From Octopus vulgaris (Eukaryota), in assembly GCA_951406725.2 (NCBI GenBank), contig OX597816.1, positions 12,276,001-12,340,000 on the forward strand: DNA of 64,000 bases, read 5' to 3'. The first letter of the stretch is position 1; every line of letters starts with the position of its first letter. A program made the translations under genes and the position numbers. Under the pieces are notes generated by a model. The model was given only the letters and a program-made list of their open reading frames with translations. It made no database searches and was not told the DNA's origin. Positions 12,140 through 25,835 of this stretch are shown piece by piece.

Positions 12140-12550
12140 ATCATCATCATCATCATCATCGTTTAACGTCTGTTTTCTAGCATGGGTTGAACGATTTGAC
12201 TGAGAACTGGTGAACCAGAGGGCTGCACCAGACTCCAATCTGATCTGGTAGAATTTTATGCAGCTGGATGCCTTTCCTAACACCAACCACTCCAAGAGTG
12301 TAGTGGGTGCTTTTACATGCCACCAACACGGGGCCAGTCAGGAGGTACTGGCAACAGCCACACTCAAATGGTGTTTTTTACATGCCCCCTGCACAGGAGC
12401 CAGTCCAGCGGCACTGGCAAACGACCTTGCTCGAATGTTTTTCACATGCCATCAGCGCAAGTGCCAGTATGGCAATGCTGGTAATGATGACGCTCGGATG
12501 GTGCTTTTTACATGCCACCAGCATGGAAGCCAGTCAGCTGCTCTGGCAAT
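12140..12550 (-). mobile_element. Family C retroposon with ~4 internal ~66-bp units
   Basis: (CAT)n tail and repeated GGTG.TTTTT.CATGCC units. Confidence 0.7.
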
Positions 12551-12860
12551 GATGTTGATGAAATAAATAGAAAACATCATTGGAACCAACAGAGAGTCAT
12601 TGACAGGTATTAAATAACAACAACAACAACAACAATAATAATTATAATCCTTTCTACGAAAGGTACAAGGCCTGAAATTTTGGTGGAGGGGATGTAGTTG
12701 ATTACATCGACCCCAGTGTTTCATTGGTACTTAATTTATCAACCCTGAAAGGATGAAAAGCAAAGTCAACCTTGATGGTATTCGAACTCAGAATGTAAAG
12801 ACAGAAAAAATACTTCTAAGCATTTCACCCAGCATGCCAATGATTTACCAGCTTGCTGCT

Positions 12861-12892
<32 letters not shown>

Positions 12893-12949
12893 TACAACAG
12901 TTAACAATAAGAATGACCAAAAGACACCCAAATACTGACAGACCTACCA

Positions 12950-13669
12950 TTGCTTCTCCTGATTTAGAAATTAATCAGAAAGACTAAAGAGATCCAAATA
13001 GTGACAAACCTATCACTGATGCAAAGAAACATCAAACAAAAAGCAAAGAAGGCTTGCATGAATAATATTGAAGACAACTGGAAAGGTAAACGCCTGCATG
13101 GAAAATACCCTAACCGCTTGTCCAAGCCAGATATTGATCAAATGCTAATACACCAATGACTACAAGGGACAGGTCTGAAAGGGGAAACTGAAGGTTTTGT
13201 TATTGCAACGCAAGATCAAAACTTACCTACCAGAAACTACGATGCAAACATTCTTAAAGCTGGAGTCTGACTTTCGTGGAGAATTTGTGGAAAATTCACA
13301 AGGGCAATTGATAATTTTTCTGGCTGCCCAGTCCTTGCTGAAATGGAGTACCTCATGTGACATGACAGACTAGAGCATTGCTTTCACTGGAATGCTTGTG
13401 AATACTACACAATTAAATCCCATCATAAGCGGTACAGGCACCATCCAGAGGATGTAGTATATGGCGAAGGCGTCACCATCCTTTGGAACTTCCCAGTACA
13501 AACAGACAGAAAAATTGTCTCTAATTGACCAGACATTGTGATCAAGGACTACAGCAGAGGAACTGGTCTGTTAATAGATATGTCTGTTCCACAAGATCAA
13601 AATGTCTCAAGAAAGGCATACATAAGGCTTTCTCATTATAAAGATCTGCAAATTGAAGTCACAAAATGA
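12950..13669 (+). pseudogene. R4/Dong-clade non-LTR retrotransposon C-terminal remnant (restriction-like endonuclease region)
   Basis: Manual translation: WKGKRLHGKY...ETEGFVIATQDQNLPTRNY...GCPVLAEMEYLM*HD...ILWNFPVQTDRKIVSN*PDIVIKD...LLIDMSVP...YKDLQIEV; stops and frameshifts. Confidence 0.85.
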
Positions 13670-14552
13670 ATGATTCTGTCTTACTCTTCTGTGAAAACAT
13701 GTCTGGCCATAGGTAAATATTACCTCTCTTGCAAACAAGTGAAGGTTGGTGACAGGAAGGCCATGCGAAATCTGTCTCAATAAAGGCAATCCACTCCATG
13801 CAAACATGGAAAGTTGGTCATTAAAAGATGATAATGATATCGGTGAAAAAAAAGTCGATAATATTGAACCCGGTATTTGACTGCCATTTCATTTTATCGA
13901 CCTTGAAAAGATGAAGGGCAGAGTTGACCTCAGGCTGCTTTGAACTCAGAACATAAAAGGTTGCAATGAAATATTGTCAGGTATTTTGTCTGATGCGTGA
14001 TTATTCTAATTCACTGTCCTGTCCTGATTCAATATTAATTATGGAAAAAGAAAATAATAATATTGAACATTTGGAGAATTGATATCAACGTCTTATTTTG
14101 TTTTATCATATTTTATTTTATTATTTTGTTTTATTGATAAAGGTAACGTAGATTCGATGACGTTCTGATGCCCTCACATATTAGAAATTGAAATTCAAAT
14201 TGAAATCAATAAAATGTTTCGTATTATTCGTTTTCCCATTTTTCAAATATCGATTCATGTTTGAATTCCAATGTCATATTGCTTTCAATTCTAATTTCAG
14301 TCAAATTGAAGAATGGAAAGGAAAAGAAAAACGAGAAAAAAAACTAAAAAAAATAAAAACGCAAATTAAAATTCTGTAACACTTCATACGTCTTTTAAAT
14401 TTTTGATAAGTCTACAAAAGAGACACAGTGTGTTCGTTTGACCTGTGAGGAACACAAAAAGAAAAAAAAAATGGATAAAAGAAGCTAAATCTATCTTGAG
14501 CCGTATGTTACAAATGTTGAATTGAATAAATATACAAATTAATCAAGTTAAC

Positions 14553-14633
14553 CAATTTTTTTCTTCATTTTCCAACAATTTTTTTTCTTCATTTTCCAAC
14601 AATTTTTTTTCTTCATTTTCCAACAATTTTTTT
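14553..14633. repeat. ~24-bp minisatellite, about 3 copies
   Basis: CAATTTTTTTTCTTCATTTTCCAA repeated. Confidence 0.85.
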
Positions 14634-14886
14634 AACTTAAAACCAAAACCTCTTTTCACTAAACACACCAAGATCTGAAGACCAATTGAGTGGTTATCAT
14701 TTAACACTCATTTTTCCATGCTTTCGTGGGTCAGGTGAAATTTGGTGAAGCAGCTTTTCTGCAGCTGGGTGCCTTTCCTGTCGCTGACCCTCATCTGTTT
14801 CGAAGCAAGATTTATATTTCCCCCCAGGGCCGGGCATTTTTCATGAAAGACTGGAAACAACATTTCTTGTATGATGGTGATGATTA

Positions 14887-15093
14887 CTCTTTACTCTTTC
14901 ACTCGTTTCAGTCATTTGACCGAGGCCATGCTGGAGCACTGTCTTTAGTCGAGCAAATCGACCCCCAGGACTTATTCTTTGTAAGCCTAGTACTTATTCT
15001 ATTGGTCTCTTTTTGCTGAACCGCTAAGTTACAGGGACATAAACACACCACTATCGGTTATCAAGCGATTTGGGGGGAACAAACACACACACA

Positions 15094-15156
<63 letters not shown>

Positions 15157-15318
15157 GACGGGCTTCTTCCAGTTTCCATCTACCAACTCCACTCACGCTG
15201 CTTTGGTCGGCCCGAGGCTATAGTAGAAGACACTTGACCAACGTGCCATGCAATGGGAATGAACCTGGAACCATGTGGCAGGTAAGCAAGCTACTTACCA
15301 CACAGCCACTCTTGCACC
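14887..15318 (-). mobile_element. Full-length SINE family B
   Basis: Head, CORE-like block, internal (CA)n/(TA)n and tail all present. Confidence 0.85.
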
Positions 15319-15643
15319 TATGCAACAATCATGCTTGTTTACAATCATCGCATAATGTCTAGTTAAGGAGACACATGTACATGCACATACACACATGCAC
15401 ACACATATTTTATCTTGTTTCGGTCATTAGACTGTGGCCATGCTGAGGCAGCACACTGAAGAACTATTTAGGTGAATTAATCGACTTTGATACATTTACC
15501 TTTCTTTTTGTTAAGCCTGGTACTTATTCTGTTGGTCTTTTTTGGCCAAACTGTTAAGTCATGGGGATGTTAACACAACGACACCAGTTATCAAGTGGTG
15601 GTGGGAAATAACACACACCTGTGTGTGTGTATATGTGTGCATA

Positions 15644-15681
<38 letters not shown>

Positions 15682-16321
15682 TATATTTCTTATTTACTAC
15701 CCACAAGGGGCTAAACATAGTGGGGACAAACAAGGACAGACAAAGGGATTAGGTCGATTATATTGACCCCAATGTGAAACTGGTACTTTATTTATCGACC
15801 TCGAAAGGATGAAAGGCAAAGTTGACCTCGGCGGAATTTGAACTCAGAACGTAATGACAGACGAAATACCGCTAAGCATTATATATATATATATATATAT
15901 GACGGGCTTCTTTCAGTTTCTGTCTACCAAATCCACTCACAAAAATATGATTGGCCCAGGACTATAGTCAAAGTCATTTTTCCAAGGTGCTCTGTTGGTA
16001 GGAATGAACCCAAAGCTACATGATTGGGAAACAAGCTTCCTAACCATACGGCCATCCCTGTTTAAGTAATTATTAGTTACTAAATAATCTCAAGATGTCA
16101 GATATCCCATTGCAGCCTCAAGGAATCGTTCTTAGTCAAAGCTTCTTGCTTGTTGGTCTGGTCTGGTTTGGGGTGGTGACTGGGTGAGGTGATGAATGTT
16201 TCATGGGTTGCACGTAGGAAGGAACTCAAAAATACCTTTCAGCATTTAATGGAAGATTTTATATTCACACATAAAGACAAACAGATACACATACACTCTC
16301 TCCTTCTCTCTCACATACACA

Positions 16322-16364
<43 letters not shown>

Positions 16365-16401
16365 CTGTAAGTGTAATATGTGACAATTATTCGGTAGCCA
16401 T

Positions 16402-16462
16402 GATAAAACTCCGAGTTTTGGATGCCGAGGTGGAAATCCACGCCGCCATCTCTTCAGTTATC
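16402..16462 (-). ncRNA. Hammerhead family H4, G12A-decayed
   Basis: rc GATAA-CTGAAGA-GATG...GTGGATTTCCAC...CATCC-AAAAC-TCGGA-GTT-TTATC; stem I GATAA/TTATC. Confidence 0.55.
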
Positions 16463-16576
16463 CAGCCATTAGAAAATTCAGATTTTTTACAGATAAATTC
16501 AGAATTTACAGATAAATTCCTCTACTTACATAATATCAAGGTCTCTTTCTTTCTTTTGTTGTCTTATCATTTTTAT

Positions 16577-16614
<38 letters not shown>

Positions 16615-16618
<4 letters not shown>

Positions 16619-16903
16619 ATGCCAGCACCGCCTCGACTGGCTTCCGTGCCAGTGGAACATAAAATACACCAATCCAACCGTGGCCGTTGCCAGCCTCGCC
16701 TGGCACCTGTGCAGGTGGCACGTAAAAAGCACCCACTACACTCACGGAGTGGTTGGCATTAGGAAGGGCATCCAGCTGTAGAAACATTGCCAGATAAGAC
16801 TGGAGCCTGGTGCAGCTTTCTGGCTTCCCAGATCCCCGGTCGAACCGTCCAACCCATGCTAGCATGGAGAACGGACGTTAAACGATGATGATGATGATGA
16901 TGA

Positions 16904-16955
<52 letters not shown>

Positions 16956-17312
16956 GGTGATATATGTTCCTTTTGAGTGTTGCATCTCACAGAAGCAAAG
17001 TGAGTGAGTTCCTTTTGAGTGTTGGGCCTCATGGAGGCAATGACTGAGACCTTTGGCATTATGTCATTCTTGAGAAGAAGAGCCATCAAGCTGAGCAGAA
17101 TTGCAGTCATGACAGATACTGGTGTCATGCAAATGGCACCTGTGCCAGTGGCATGTAATAGCACCCATTACACTGAGTGGTTGGCATTAGGAAGTGCATC
17201 CAGCCGTAGAAAATCATGCCAAATCAGCCTGGAGTCTGGTGGAACCTCCCAGCTTATCAGCGCCAGTCAAACTATCCAGCATAGACAATGGACATTAAAT
17301 GATGATGATGAT
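16615..17312 (+). mobile_element. Two family C copies; the second carries extra upstream sequence resembling an RTE ORF end
   Basis: GGCATTAGGAAGGGCATCCAGCTGTAGAAAC...GGACGTTAAAC(GAT)n; upstream GAGGCAATGACTGAGACCTTTGGC...CTTGAGAAGA. Confidence 0.65.
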
Positions 17313-18106
17313 ATAACAGGCTTCTTGCAGTTTCCGTCTACCAAATCCACTCACAAGGCTTTGGTTGGTTTTAAGCTATTTTAGAAGATGCTTGGCAAAG
17401 GTGCCACACAGTGGGACTGAACCTGGAACCATGTGGTTGGGAAGCAAACTTCTTACCACACAGTCATGCCTGCACCTACACTATTGAAATACATGAAGCC
17501 GCAGTCACTGTGCCACCAAAAGGTCCAGTCCTTGTTGCTGTGTGGGGGCTTGTTTACCTCAGATGAACCTCAAGGCTATGTAAATACAGTGCAAGCTCAG
17601 GGTCGGGCCTCTCATGCTAAACAGAGGACATGACTCTGCCAACAACAGAAATGAAGTGTTAAAGTTTTGCTCGGATATTTCAATAAATTAGTTTTGCAAA
17701 AATGATTAAAATGTTTCTTAAAAAGTGTTGATGTACAAAAATAATTGGCTGAAGAAAATTTTACTCGTGGAAAAATACACACAAATATGTAACCAGAGAC
17801 AAAATTAGGAAAACTACACACAAACGCACTCACGTTATGGATACATACATACCAACATACATACACACACATATATATATTTATACATATTTATATATAC
17901 ATGTAGCTTTTACTTTCTTCTTTCTCACCGTCTTGCACATAAACACGTACAAAAAGAAAAAACAAGCAATTTTGAAGAAAACAATAATTCAAAAACAAAA
18001 AAAATATCCTATAAAGCGTTACTAGAAAATGAAGTTTTCAACAATATTTTTGAAATATATGTGTCTGTGTGTGGGAGGAATGGTGCATGTGTCAGTTATT
18101 TGTCTA

Positions 18107-18109
<3 letters not shown>

Positions 18110-18163
<54 letters not shown>

Positions 18164-18351
18164 GAATGTGTGTATATATATATATATATATGTGTGTGTG
18201 TATATATATATGAATGTGTGTGTGTATATATGAATGTGTGTGTGTATATATATATGTGTGTGTGTATATATATATATGAATGTGTGTGTATATATATATA
18301 TAAATGTGTGTGTGTATATATGAATATATATTTATATATATATATAATGGA

Positions 18352-18411
<60 letters not shown>

Positions 18412-18480
18412 TGTGTGTGTGTATATATGTATATGTATTTATATATATATATGAATGTGTGTGTGTGTATTTGTATATGT
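18110..18480. repeat. Compound (TA)n/(TG)n microsatellite
   Basis: Direct inspection. Confidence 0.95.
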
Positions 18481-18602
18481 GCGTACTAATTCATTTTATT
18501 TGTCTAACTCTCTATTTGTTTCCATCTGTCTTTCAAACTGTCTGTCACCCTCACCACTCACTCTCTCCCCACCTCCTCTCTTGCTCTGTACAAATATATG
18601 AC

Positions 18603-18651
<49 letters not shown>

Positions 18652-19096
18652 GGATATTTCTTTGTGTTTCAGATATATTTTTGCAATCTAGGGTAATGAA
18701 AAAAAAGAATAAAATAATTTTTAAAAAAAATTGCTTTCCACCATATTGAAGTAAACTTTAATAAACAAGCAAAACCCAATAAAAAAAATTATAAATCATT
18801 TCAATGTTAACAATAGCAAACATAATAAAAAAATACTTAGCGAATTAAAAGCAATACAATAACATATAAGAAAAAAAATGTCTGAAAAGCACGTAAGATA
18901 TATAAAGTGTGTAAATAAAATTCCAGTAGAATTTATCAAAACATGGCAATATTGCTTCTGGTGATTCTCGACAGAAAGAAATATTTTTCCCCTTAAAGTG
19001 TAACCTTCAAGTTATACCAACAATTAAGCCACCATTTCTAAATTTCACTGAAGGAAAACTACAAATAATGCACTCACACCTGTTTGTGTGTGTGTA

Positions 19097-19193
<97 letters not shown>

Positions 19194-19272
19194 AAATAAA
19201 ACCAAAAGACGAAGACAGGTAGTGTAGACAACAAGCATACGTATTAGTATAATGCTTGGGAAGTGAAAAAGT

Positions 19273-19308
19273 CTTTAACGTTTCGAGCCTACGCTCTTCC
19301 ACAGAAAG
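19273..19308 (-). ncRNA. Minimal hammerhead-like motif family H3 with variant core CTGTGGA
   Basis: rc CTTT-CTGTGGA-A-GAGC-GTAG-GCTC-GAAAC-GTT-AAAG, inside a TA-flanked element at ~19185-19450. Confidence 0.55.
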
Positions 19309-19871
19309 GAACACAGAAAGAAACAAGGAGAGAAAAAGAATGTGTAGTGGCTAGCGATCTATCGTGGCGAATGCCGGACAGAAGGGTCACACAGGAGAGC
19401 TAGGAAGAAGAGGAGATAATAAAGTAGTGGTGATCCCAAAACGATGGTGCGCGTGTACATATATATGTATTTTTTATTTGTCTCAATTATTAGACTTGCG
19501 GTCAAGTTGGGGCACCGCCTTGAAGGATTTTAGTCAAACAATTATTTTTCATTTTTCTAATCATCATACTTATTCTATCAGTCTCTTGTGCCAAACTAGT
19601 TGATGTCTGAGGCAATTCAGCAGGAAACAAGTGTCTCTATGGGTGGATGCACTTCCTGTCACTAACCCTTTTCTCTAACAAACTGATTATATAGCTTTAC
19701 GCTCCTCAGAGTTAAACAATATGGAAGGGAATATGATGACTGCTCTCTATTGTCAGCGGTGGATTAACACTACTGGTCAGAAGCTGCTGTGAAAAGGTGG
19801 TAGAACGAAAAAGGTGCCAGGGGATTAGCTCAGGAGTTACGTCCCTTGGTTTTCCATAGCCTTTTTGGCCG

Positions 19872-19932
19872 GATAACTGAAGAGATGGCGGCGTGGAATT
19901 CCACCCCGACATAAAAAATTCGGAGTTTTATC
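19872..19932 (+). ncRNA. Hammerhead family H4, decayed GAAAC
   Basis: GATAA-CTGAAGA-GATG...GTGGAATTCCAC...-AAAAT-TCGGA-GTT-TTATC. Confidence 0.5.
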
Positions 19933-20015
19933 ATGCCTACCGAATAATTGTCACATATTACATTTACAGATATATATTTATATATGTGTATATATATATA
20001 TATATAGATATATAG

Positions 20016-20072
<57 letters not shown>

Positions 20073-20850
20073 AAAACATACACACATGTATAAATGGACT
20101 TCTTTTATTTTCTACCAACCAAATCTGCTCACAAGATTGGTTAACCTTTGGCTATACAAGAAAACACTAGCCCAAGTTGTCATACAGTAGGAGTGAACCT
20201 GAAACCATACAGTTGGGAAGCAAATGTCTTCACCACTCAGTCACACCTGCTACAGACATGCACACCCACACCCACGCATGCCCACACACCCACCTACACA
20301 TGCACACAAACACATATGTACTTACTTACCTACATACCCATACACCCACGTATTTATATGTGTGTATATATATGTGTGTATTAAAATGTAGAGTTTCTCT
20401 CAGCATATTGCTTGTGTTAAAATTTATTTTACAGTAAAACATAATTAATTTAGTCTCTTGCAAACATTACTATAAATGGACACAACATAAAATTTAATTA
20501 AGAATGAAAGAAAACATGACGTCTAAAAATAATGTGATTTATGTACGTAAGTAACTTGTTAAGATTTTTCATATTTTCAGAGTGATGGTGTAGTTATAGA
20601 AATAGTGGCTTTTATTTTTGTTTTCCTTGAAAAATATAGAAAGTTTACACATTTTTGCTACGTTTTATGGTTGCATGCAACGAATGTATCACAAAGTGTA
20701 TAAGGAAAATTTCGTTATTAATTTTGAGTTTTCCCTTCTTACCTTTCAGCAATTAGTAAATACAGATCTGTTATTTTACACATTGTTGTTGTTGTTGTGT
20801 TAATGTGTTCTTAATCATACTTGCATGACAGAATTTGAGGCCGATTTTAA

Positions 20851-21143
20851 GGCGGCGAGCTGGCAGAAACGTTAGTACGCCGGGCGAAATGCTTAGCGGT
20901 ATTTCGTCTGCCACTACGTTTGGAGTTCAAATTCCGCCGAGGTCGACTTTGCCTTTCATCCTTTCGGGGTCGATTAAATAAGTACCAGTTATGCACTGGT
21001 ATCGATATAATTGACTTAATCCGTTTGTCTGTCTTTGTTTGTCCTCTTGTGGGTAGTAAAGAAATAGGTATTTCGTCTGTTGCTACATTCTAAGTTCAAA
21101 TTCCGCTGAGGTCGACTTTGCCTTTCATCCATTCGGGGTCGAT
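20851..21143 (+). mobile_element. SINE family A, one full unit plus a headless unit
   Basis: GGCGGCGAGCTGGCAGAAACGTTAG head; junction AAAGAAATAG|GTATTTCGTC. Confidence 0.85.
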
Positions 21144-21271
21144 TATATATATATATATATATATGTATATAGTCAATGCTGACATGAACAAGCATGAAAA
21201 AACAAGGTGAGAATGTGAAATAAGTACTGTGTTATTGGACACTTAGGAAAGGAAAGAAAAAAAACAGGGGG

Positions 21272-21304
21272 TTTCACCTTTTGAGCGGAGCTCTTCATCA
21301 GAAA
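21272..21304 (-). ncRNA. Decayed hammerhead family H2
   Basis: rc TTT-CTGATGA-A-GAGC-TCC-GCTC-AAAAG-GTG-AAA. Confidence 0.45.
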
Positions 21305-21403
21305 TATAGAAAAAGTCCAATGAAGTGAAAGGAGGGAAGACGGAGAAAGAAAATCGCCAACAATACACACGTGGTCACATATTGAAAAAAAAATGTATGT
21401 GTG

Positions 21404-21457
<54 letters not shown>

Positions 21458-21545
21458 ATCCAAACAAGAAAGCACAAAAAAAAACACAACAACGCGAGGA
21501 CGTGGAACAAATATAGTATTATTGGAAGCTAAGGAAAGAAGGAGA

Positions 21546-21580
21546 GTTTAACGTTTCGAGCGGAGCTCTTCGTCGGAAAC
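21546..21580 (-). ncRNA. Minimal hammerhead family H2 (U4C core)
   Basis: rc GTTT-CCGACGA-A-GAGC-TCC-GCTC-GAAAC-GTT-AAAC. Confidence 0.65.
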
Positions 21581-21654
21581 ATAGGAGAAGGAAAGATCCA
21601 GAGAAGGGAAGACAGGAAAAAAAATCGCCAACGGTACACACGAGGTCACATTTT

Positions 21655-22703
21655 ATATATATATATATGCACACACATAAGTATATATATATACACACAC
21701 ATATGTAGATATATAAACACATGTGTATATATACACACATGTATATATATATATACACACGCACACACATATATACATACATATATACATATATATATAT
21801 ATACATATATACACACGCATATACATATATATGTATGCTCACACACGTATATATATATATATGTATGCCCACACACACACACATATATATATATATACAC
21901 ACACACGTATATATATATATACACACATTGTGTATGTGTGAATGTTTGAGTGTAAGTATTTGTAGGTGCAGCATTTTGTGTATGTTTATTAGTGTGTACA
22001 TGTTTTGATTAGTGGCATTCCGTGAATGCAGATGCCAGAAATTTAATAATATCATCTCCCTCTTAATTTCACCTTGCAATTTTCCCTCTTAACATGGATT
22101 AAATGTTTAACACATTTAAGACATTTCCCATAGAATGCATTATTAAAATACAAGCTACGTGTAGGAGTATTTTCCTTAATAACAAGAATCTATTTATTAA
22201 CTGTTACGTATACCATGTACCTCAAAAATGTTGCAAACAGAATCAAAAGCCATTTTTTTCCTCTTCATTGAAAATGCATTCTGTAACCCCCATAGGTCTA
22301 TTTAAATTAATAGAAGCATTCTAGACATATATCTCAATGTCTTTATTGTTTGGGAATCTATAAATGACCAAGATACGTAATTGGAAAAAATATATATACA
22401 TATATATATACATACATATAAACACATACACATTAACATACACACATACATATACATACATATAAATACATGCATATACATATACATACACATATATACA
22501 TATACATACCTATATATATACATATACATACCTATATATATACATATACATACCTATATATATACATATACATACATATATATATACATACATATATACA
22601 CATACATACATATACATACATATATACATACATATATACATACATATATACATACATATATACATACATATATACATATATATATACATACATATATATA
22701 TAC

Positions 22704-22755
<52 letters not shown>
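21655..22755. repeat. Two long compound (TA)/(CA)/(TACA) microsatellite tracts (21655-21930 and 22390-22755)
   Basis: Direct inspection. Confidence 0.9.
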
Positions 22756-22756
<1 letters not shown>

Positions 22757-23656
22757 GTATAAAACAGTGAGTGTGGTAGGGAGTGGGACAATATCAAAAA
22801 CATCTAACACTTGGAATCAATAGTCACAGAAATCAAAGACACAGCTAGTAAAAAACGAATAAGGGCTGCGTCGGTAGACAGTGAGAGGCTGAAAAATGGA
22901 AATGTAAAACGAAAGTTCCCATGAGCAATAACCCTAATATTAGATGCAGGAAACTCACAAGACAAAAATTATTTCTTATTAACTTTGGATACGACTCATT
23001 GGTAGGTCTTTTGAAACAGATACGTGAGTAATAAATCTATATGTCTTCTCTCATTGTGTTCTTTTATTTCCACAACACATTTATCATGTAAGGATTTCTT
23101 CTATATAAACTTTCCAATTATTGGAATCTATTCTGCGAAGACAGCTTGCTAGAATTGTTGACTACGATTCGGTCTATATGATAACAAAGCTATATTACCG
23201 AAGCTTATGTATGAAACTAGTTTTGTAATTTTCTGTTTGGAACACTGGAAGAACTCTGTTTTGCTATAGAATGCAGATGAGGTTCAAGGTTAACTTAAAG
23301 AAAATGGTTTGCTGCCGAAGAGAAGAAGAAATATCTCTACATAACTCTTTCAAGTGATGCTCTAATATAACATTGCTTAATTCTTCACCAACTTTCTAAA
23401 GAATTCTTGATAGAAATTTTGGCATTGATTAATTATGATTCTAAGAGAGATGTAAAGATTTATAAAATTCTTTTTCCCAGGTAGGTCTTGCTTAATCACA
23501 ATATACTTATGATATATTGTTAAACTTACAAACTTAAACAAACTCTAGTTACAGCCGATTCTGTTTCTATGTGTAGCTTTTAGACCGTGCTGATGGGAGG
23601 CCTTTGTAATTGAAGTACAGAGGTTTCAATTTTAATTTGCCTGAATATATTGTGTA

Positions 23657-23860
23657 CGAGAGGATGCTGAAAGACTCTTGACTTTGGGTAAAAGAAAATA
23701 CTGTTAAGATCTTATTCAGCAAATCCCTCTCTCAGATTCACACACATATTACAGTGGTCCTTCAGTTTTTCTAAGTCCTGTAAAAGAACTTGGAAGGTTG
23801 AACCTCCAACCAGGCCTTTTGTGAAACACTTAAAACCTGGAACTTTTCAGCACTCCTTCA
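23657..23860. mobile_element. mariner-type MITE
   Basis: TA|CGAGAGGATGCTGAAAGACTC...GGAACTTTTCAGCACTCCTTCA|TA; imperfect TIRs with TA flanks. Confidence 0.6.
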
Positions 23861-24071
23861 TATATATAACGATTGCCTCATGCTGTTAAATGATAGACGT
23901 CTCAGATTCAAAAATGGTAAGGAGATATATGTACACCATTGGAGTTAAAGGACAAAAGCTTGTAGAATACTTTTGCCATCCTCTTGGTTACCATAGTAAG
24001 TTCCAGTGACAGGCATCGCAAGATGACTGATACTATTTTGACAAGTTTTATGTCAGAGTATCTTTTACCTG

Positions 24072-24295
24072 TGGCAGAAACGTTAGCACACCGGGCGAAA
24101 TGCTGAGCAATATTTTGTCTGCCGTTACGTTCTGAGTTCAAATTCTGCCGAGGTCGACTTTGCCTTTTATCCTTTCGGGGTTGATAAATTAATTACCAGT
24201 TATGCACTGGGGTCGATGTAATCGACTTAATCCGTTTGTCTGTCCTTGTTTGTCCCCTCTGTGTGTAGTCCCTTGTGGGTAGTAAAGAAATAAGA
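24072..24295 (+). mobile_element. SINE family A
   Basis: Matches the family A consensus from TGGCAGAAACG to AAAGAAATA. Confidence 0.85.
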
Positions 24296-24313
24296 ATCCC
24301 TTCTATGGACCAA

Positions 24314-24527
24314 CCCTTAAGCGTTCAGATTGTTCTATCAAACATAATCCTTATTTATTCACATTGTTTTGAATTTATCCTGCATTATCTCAAAGCTTTG
24401 AGATTTTGATGATGTGGTTGTATGTTTTTAGAATGACAGTGTAGAATGAGAAGCTGGATCTGGCCAGTTTCATAATAAACCAGGCAGAATATTTGGGCCA
24501 AATATCTCCAGTTTGAATGCCAAAGGG
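24314..24527. mobile_element. TTAA MITE family P1
   Basis: Matches 29426-29644; ends AAAGGG|TTAA. Confidence 0.7.
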
Positions 24528-24574
24528 TTAAATATATTTCGCAGGAGAAGAGGTGTTACTCAAAAACATCAGGT

Positions 24575-25035
24575 TTCATTACCAACCTGGCTGAAACCGG
24601 TTTTGGCTCTGAGTACAAATGTTTTGTTTTCATAAGTTTTGAATTAAAATCTTCCACCAAACCTTAGTCACAATTTATGTTCCTAACACTAGGTTAATGA
24701 TAACGAAGTTATTTTACTAAATTCTTTGTTATATTTAAGATTAATTGAAAGAAACAGAGCTTCTCAACAGAAACATGGTAACAAAAGGGTTAAAGTCACC
24801 ATGATATCTTTAACCCTTTTGTTACCATCCAGGCTGAAACTCACCTCTGGCTCTGTAGTACAAATGTCTTGTTTTCATAAGTTTTGAATTAAAATCTTCC
24901 ACCAAACCTTAGTCACAATTTCTGTTCCTAACTCTAGCTTAATGATAACTAAGTTATTTTACTAAATTCTTTGTTATATCTAAAGTAATTGAAAAAAATA
25001 CAGAGCATCTCAAAATAATTACAGTAACGAAAGGG
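24575..25035. mobile_element. Two adjacent TTAA MITEs, family P2 (24575-24789 and 24814-25035)
   Basis: Near-identical ~220-bp direct copies; the second is TTAA|CCCTTTTGTTAC...GTAACGAAAGGG|TTAA. Confidence 0.8.
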
Positions 25036-25617
25036 TTAATAACAGTTTCCTTCTTTAAATTACAGTAGAACCATGACACCATTTATTCTTTGTTTTGTTT
25101 TCACAGCATACATTTTTATTGTTGATGTTTACCAAATTGTCACAACCAGATGATAACTACATTCAGTGCAAGAACCAAAAACTCCTATATATGGTACGGT
25201 GGAATAAAAGCAGGAAAGGAATTTACAATGATGATGCATTGACTAGAAAAAAATACAAGAAAGCTAAAACCTTCAGTTGGTGAAGACAAGCAAACATCAT
25301 TTCTTCATTTGCAATTTGCAGTCAAGAATGTTTCCTTTCTTCTAGACTTGGAACCATTTACTGAGAATAAAACATCAATTTATTAATTTATGCTGGGGTT
25401 TTCTATCATCATCAGAATATTTAATATGTTATCCTGATGCTGTTTTCTTTTATAAATTTCAGGTTAATATTTATAGTATATATAGAGGCTGAAGTACTAG
25501 GCTTACAAAGAATAAGTCCCGGTCTGGTTTGTTCGACTAAAGGCAATGCTCCAGCATGGCCAGTCAAATGACTGAAACAAGTAAAAGAATAAAAGAATGA
25601 AAGAATATATACATATA

Positions 25618-25835
25618 CAGTAATCCCGTGTCATATTGCGGTTCACCTATCGCAGTTCATCTCACGGTTCACCTATTGTAGTTTAACATTTCCTCTGTGG
25701 TGTTGTTTTGCATTTATAATAAAATAAATATGTACAAATTATAAAACTAAAATATATGGTATGGTACTGTTTCTACTTCATAGAGTTTCATCTATTGTGT
25801 GGGGTTTTGGCACGTAACACTTGCGATAATTACTG
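25618..25835. mobile_element. pogo/Tigger-type MITE, degenerate
   Basis: TA|CAGTAAT...ATTACTG termini with subterminal CGGTTCACCTAT repeats. Confidence 0.5.

Noticed and set aside
18029-22823. Numerous YI/CV/HT-repeat ORFs (also near 30100, 38300 and 59700)
   Set aside because: Dinucleotide microsatellites lack stop codons
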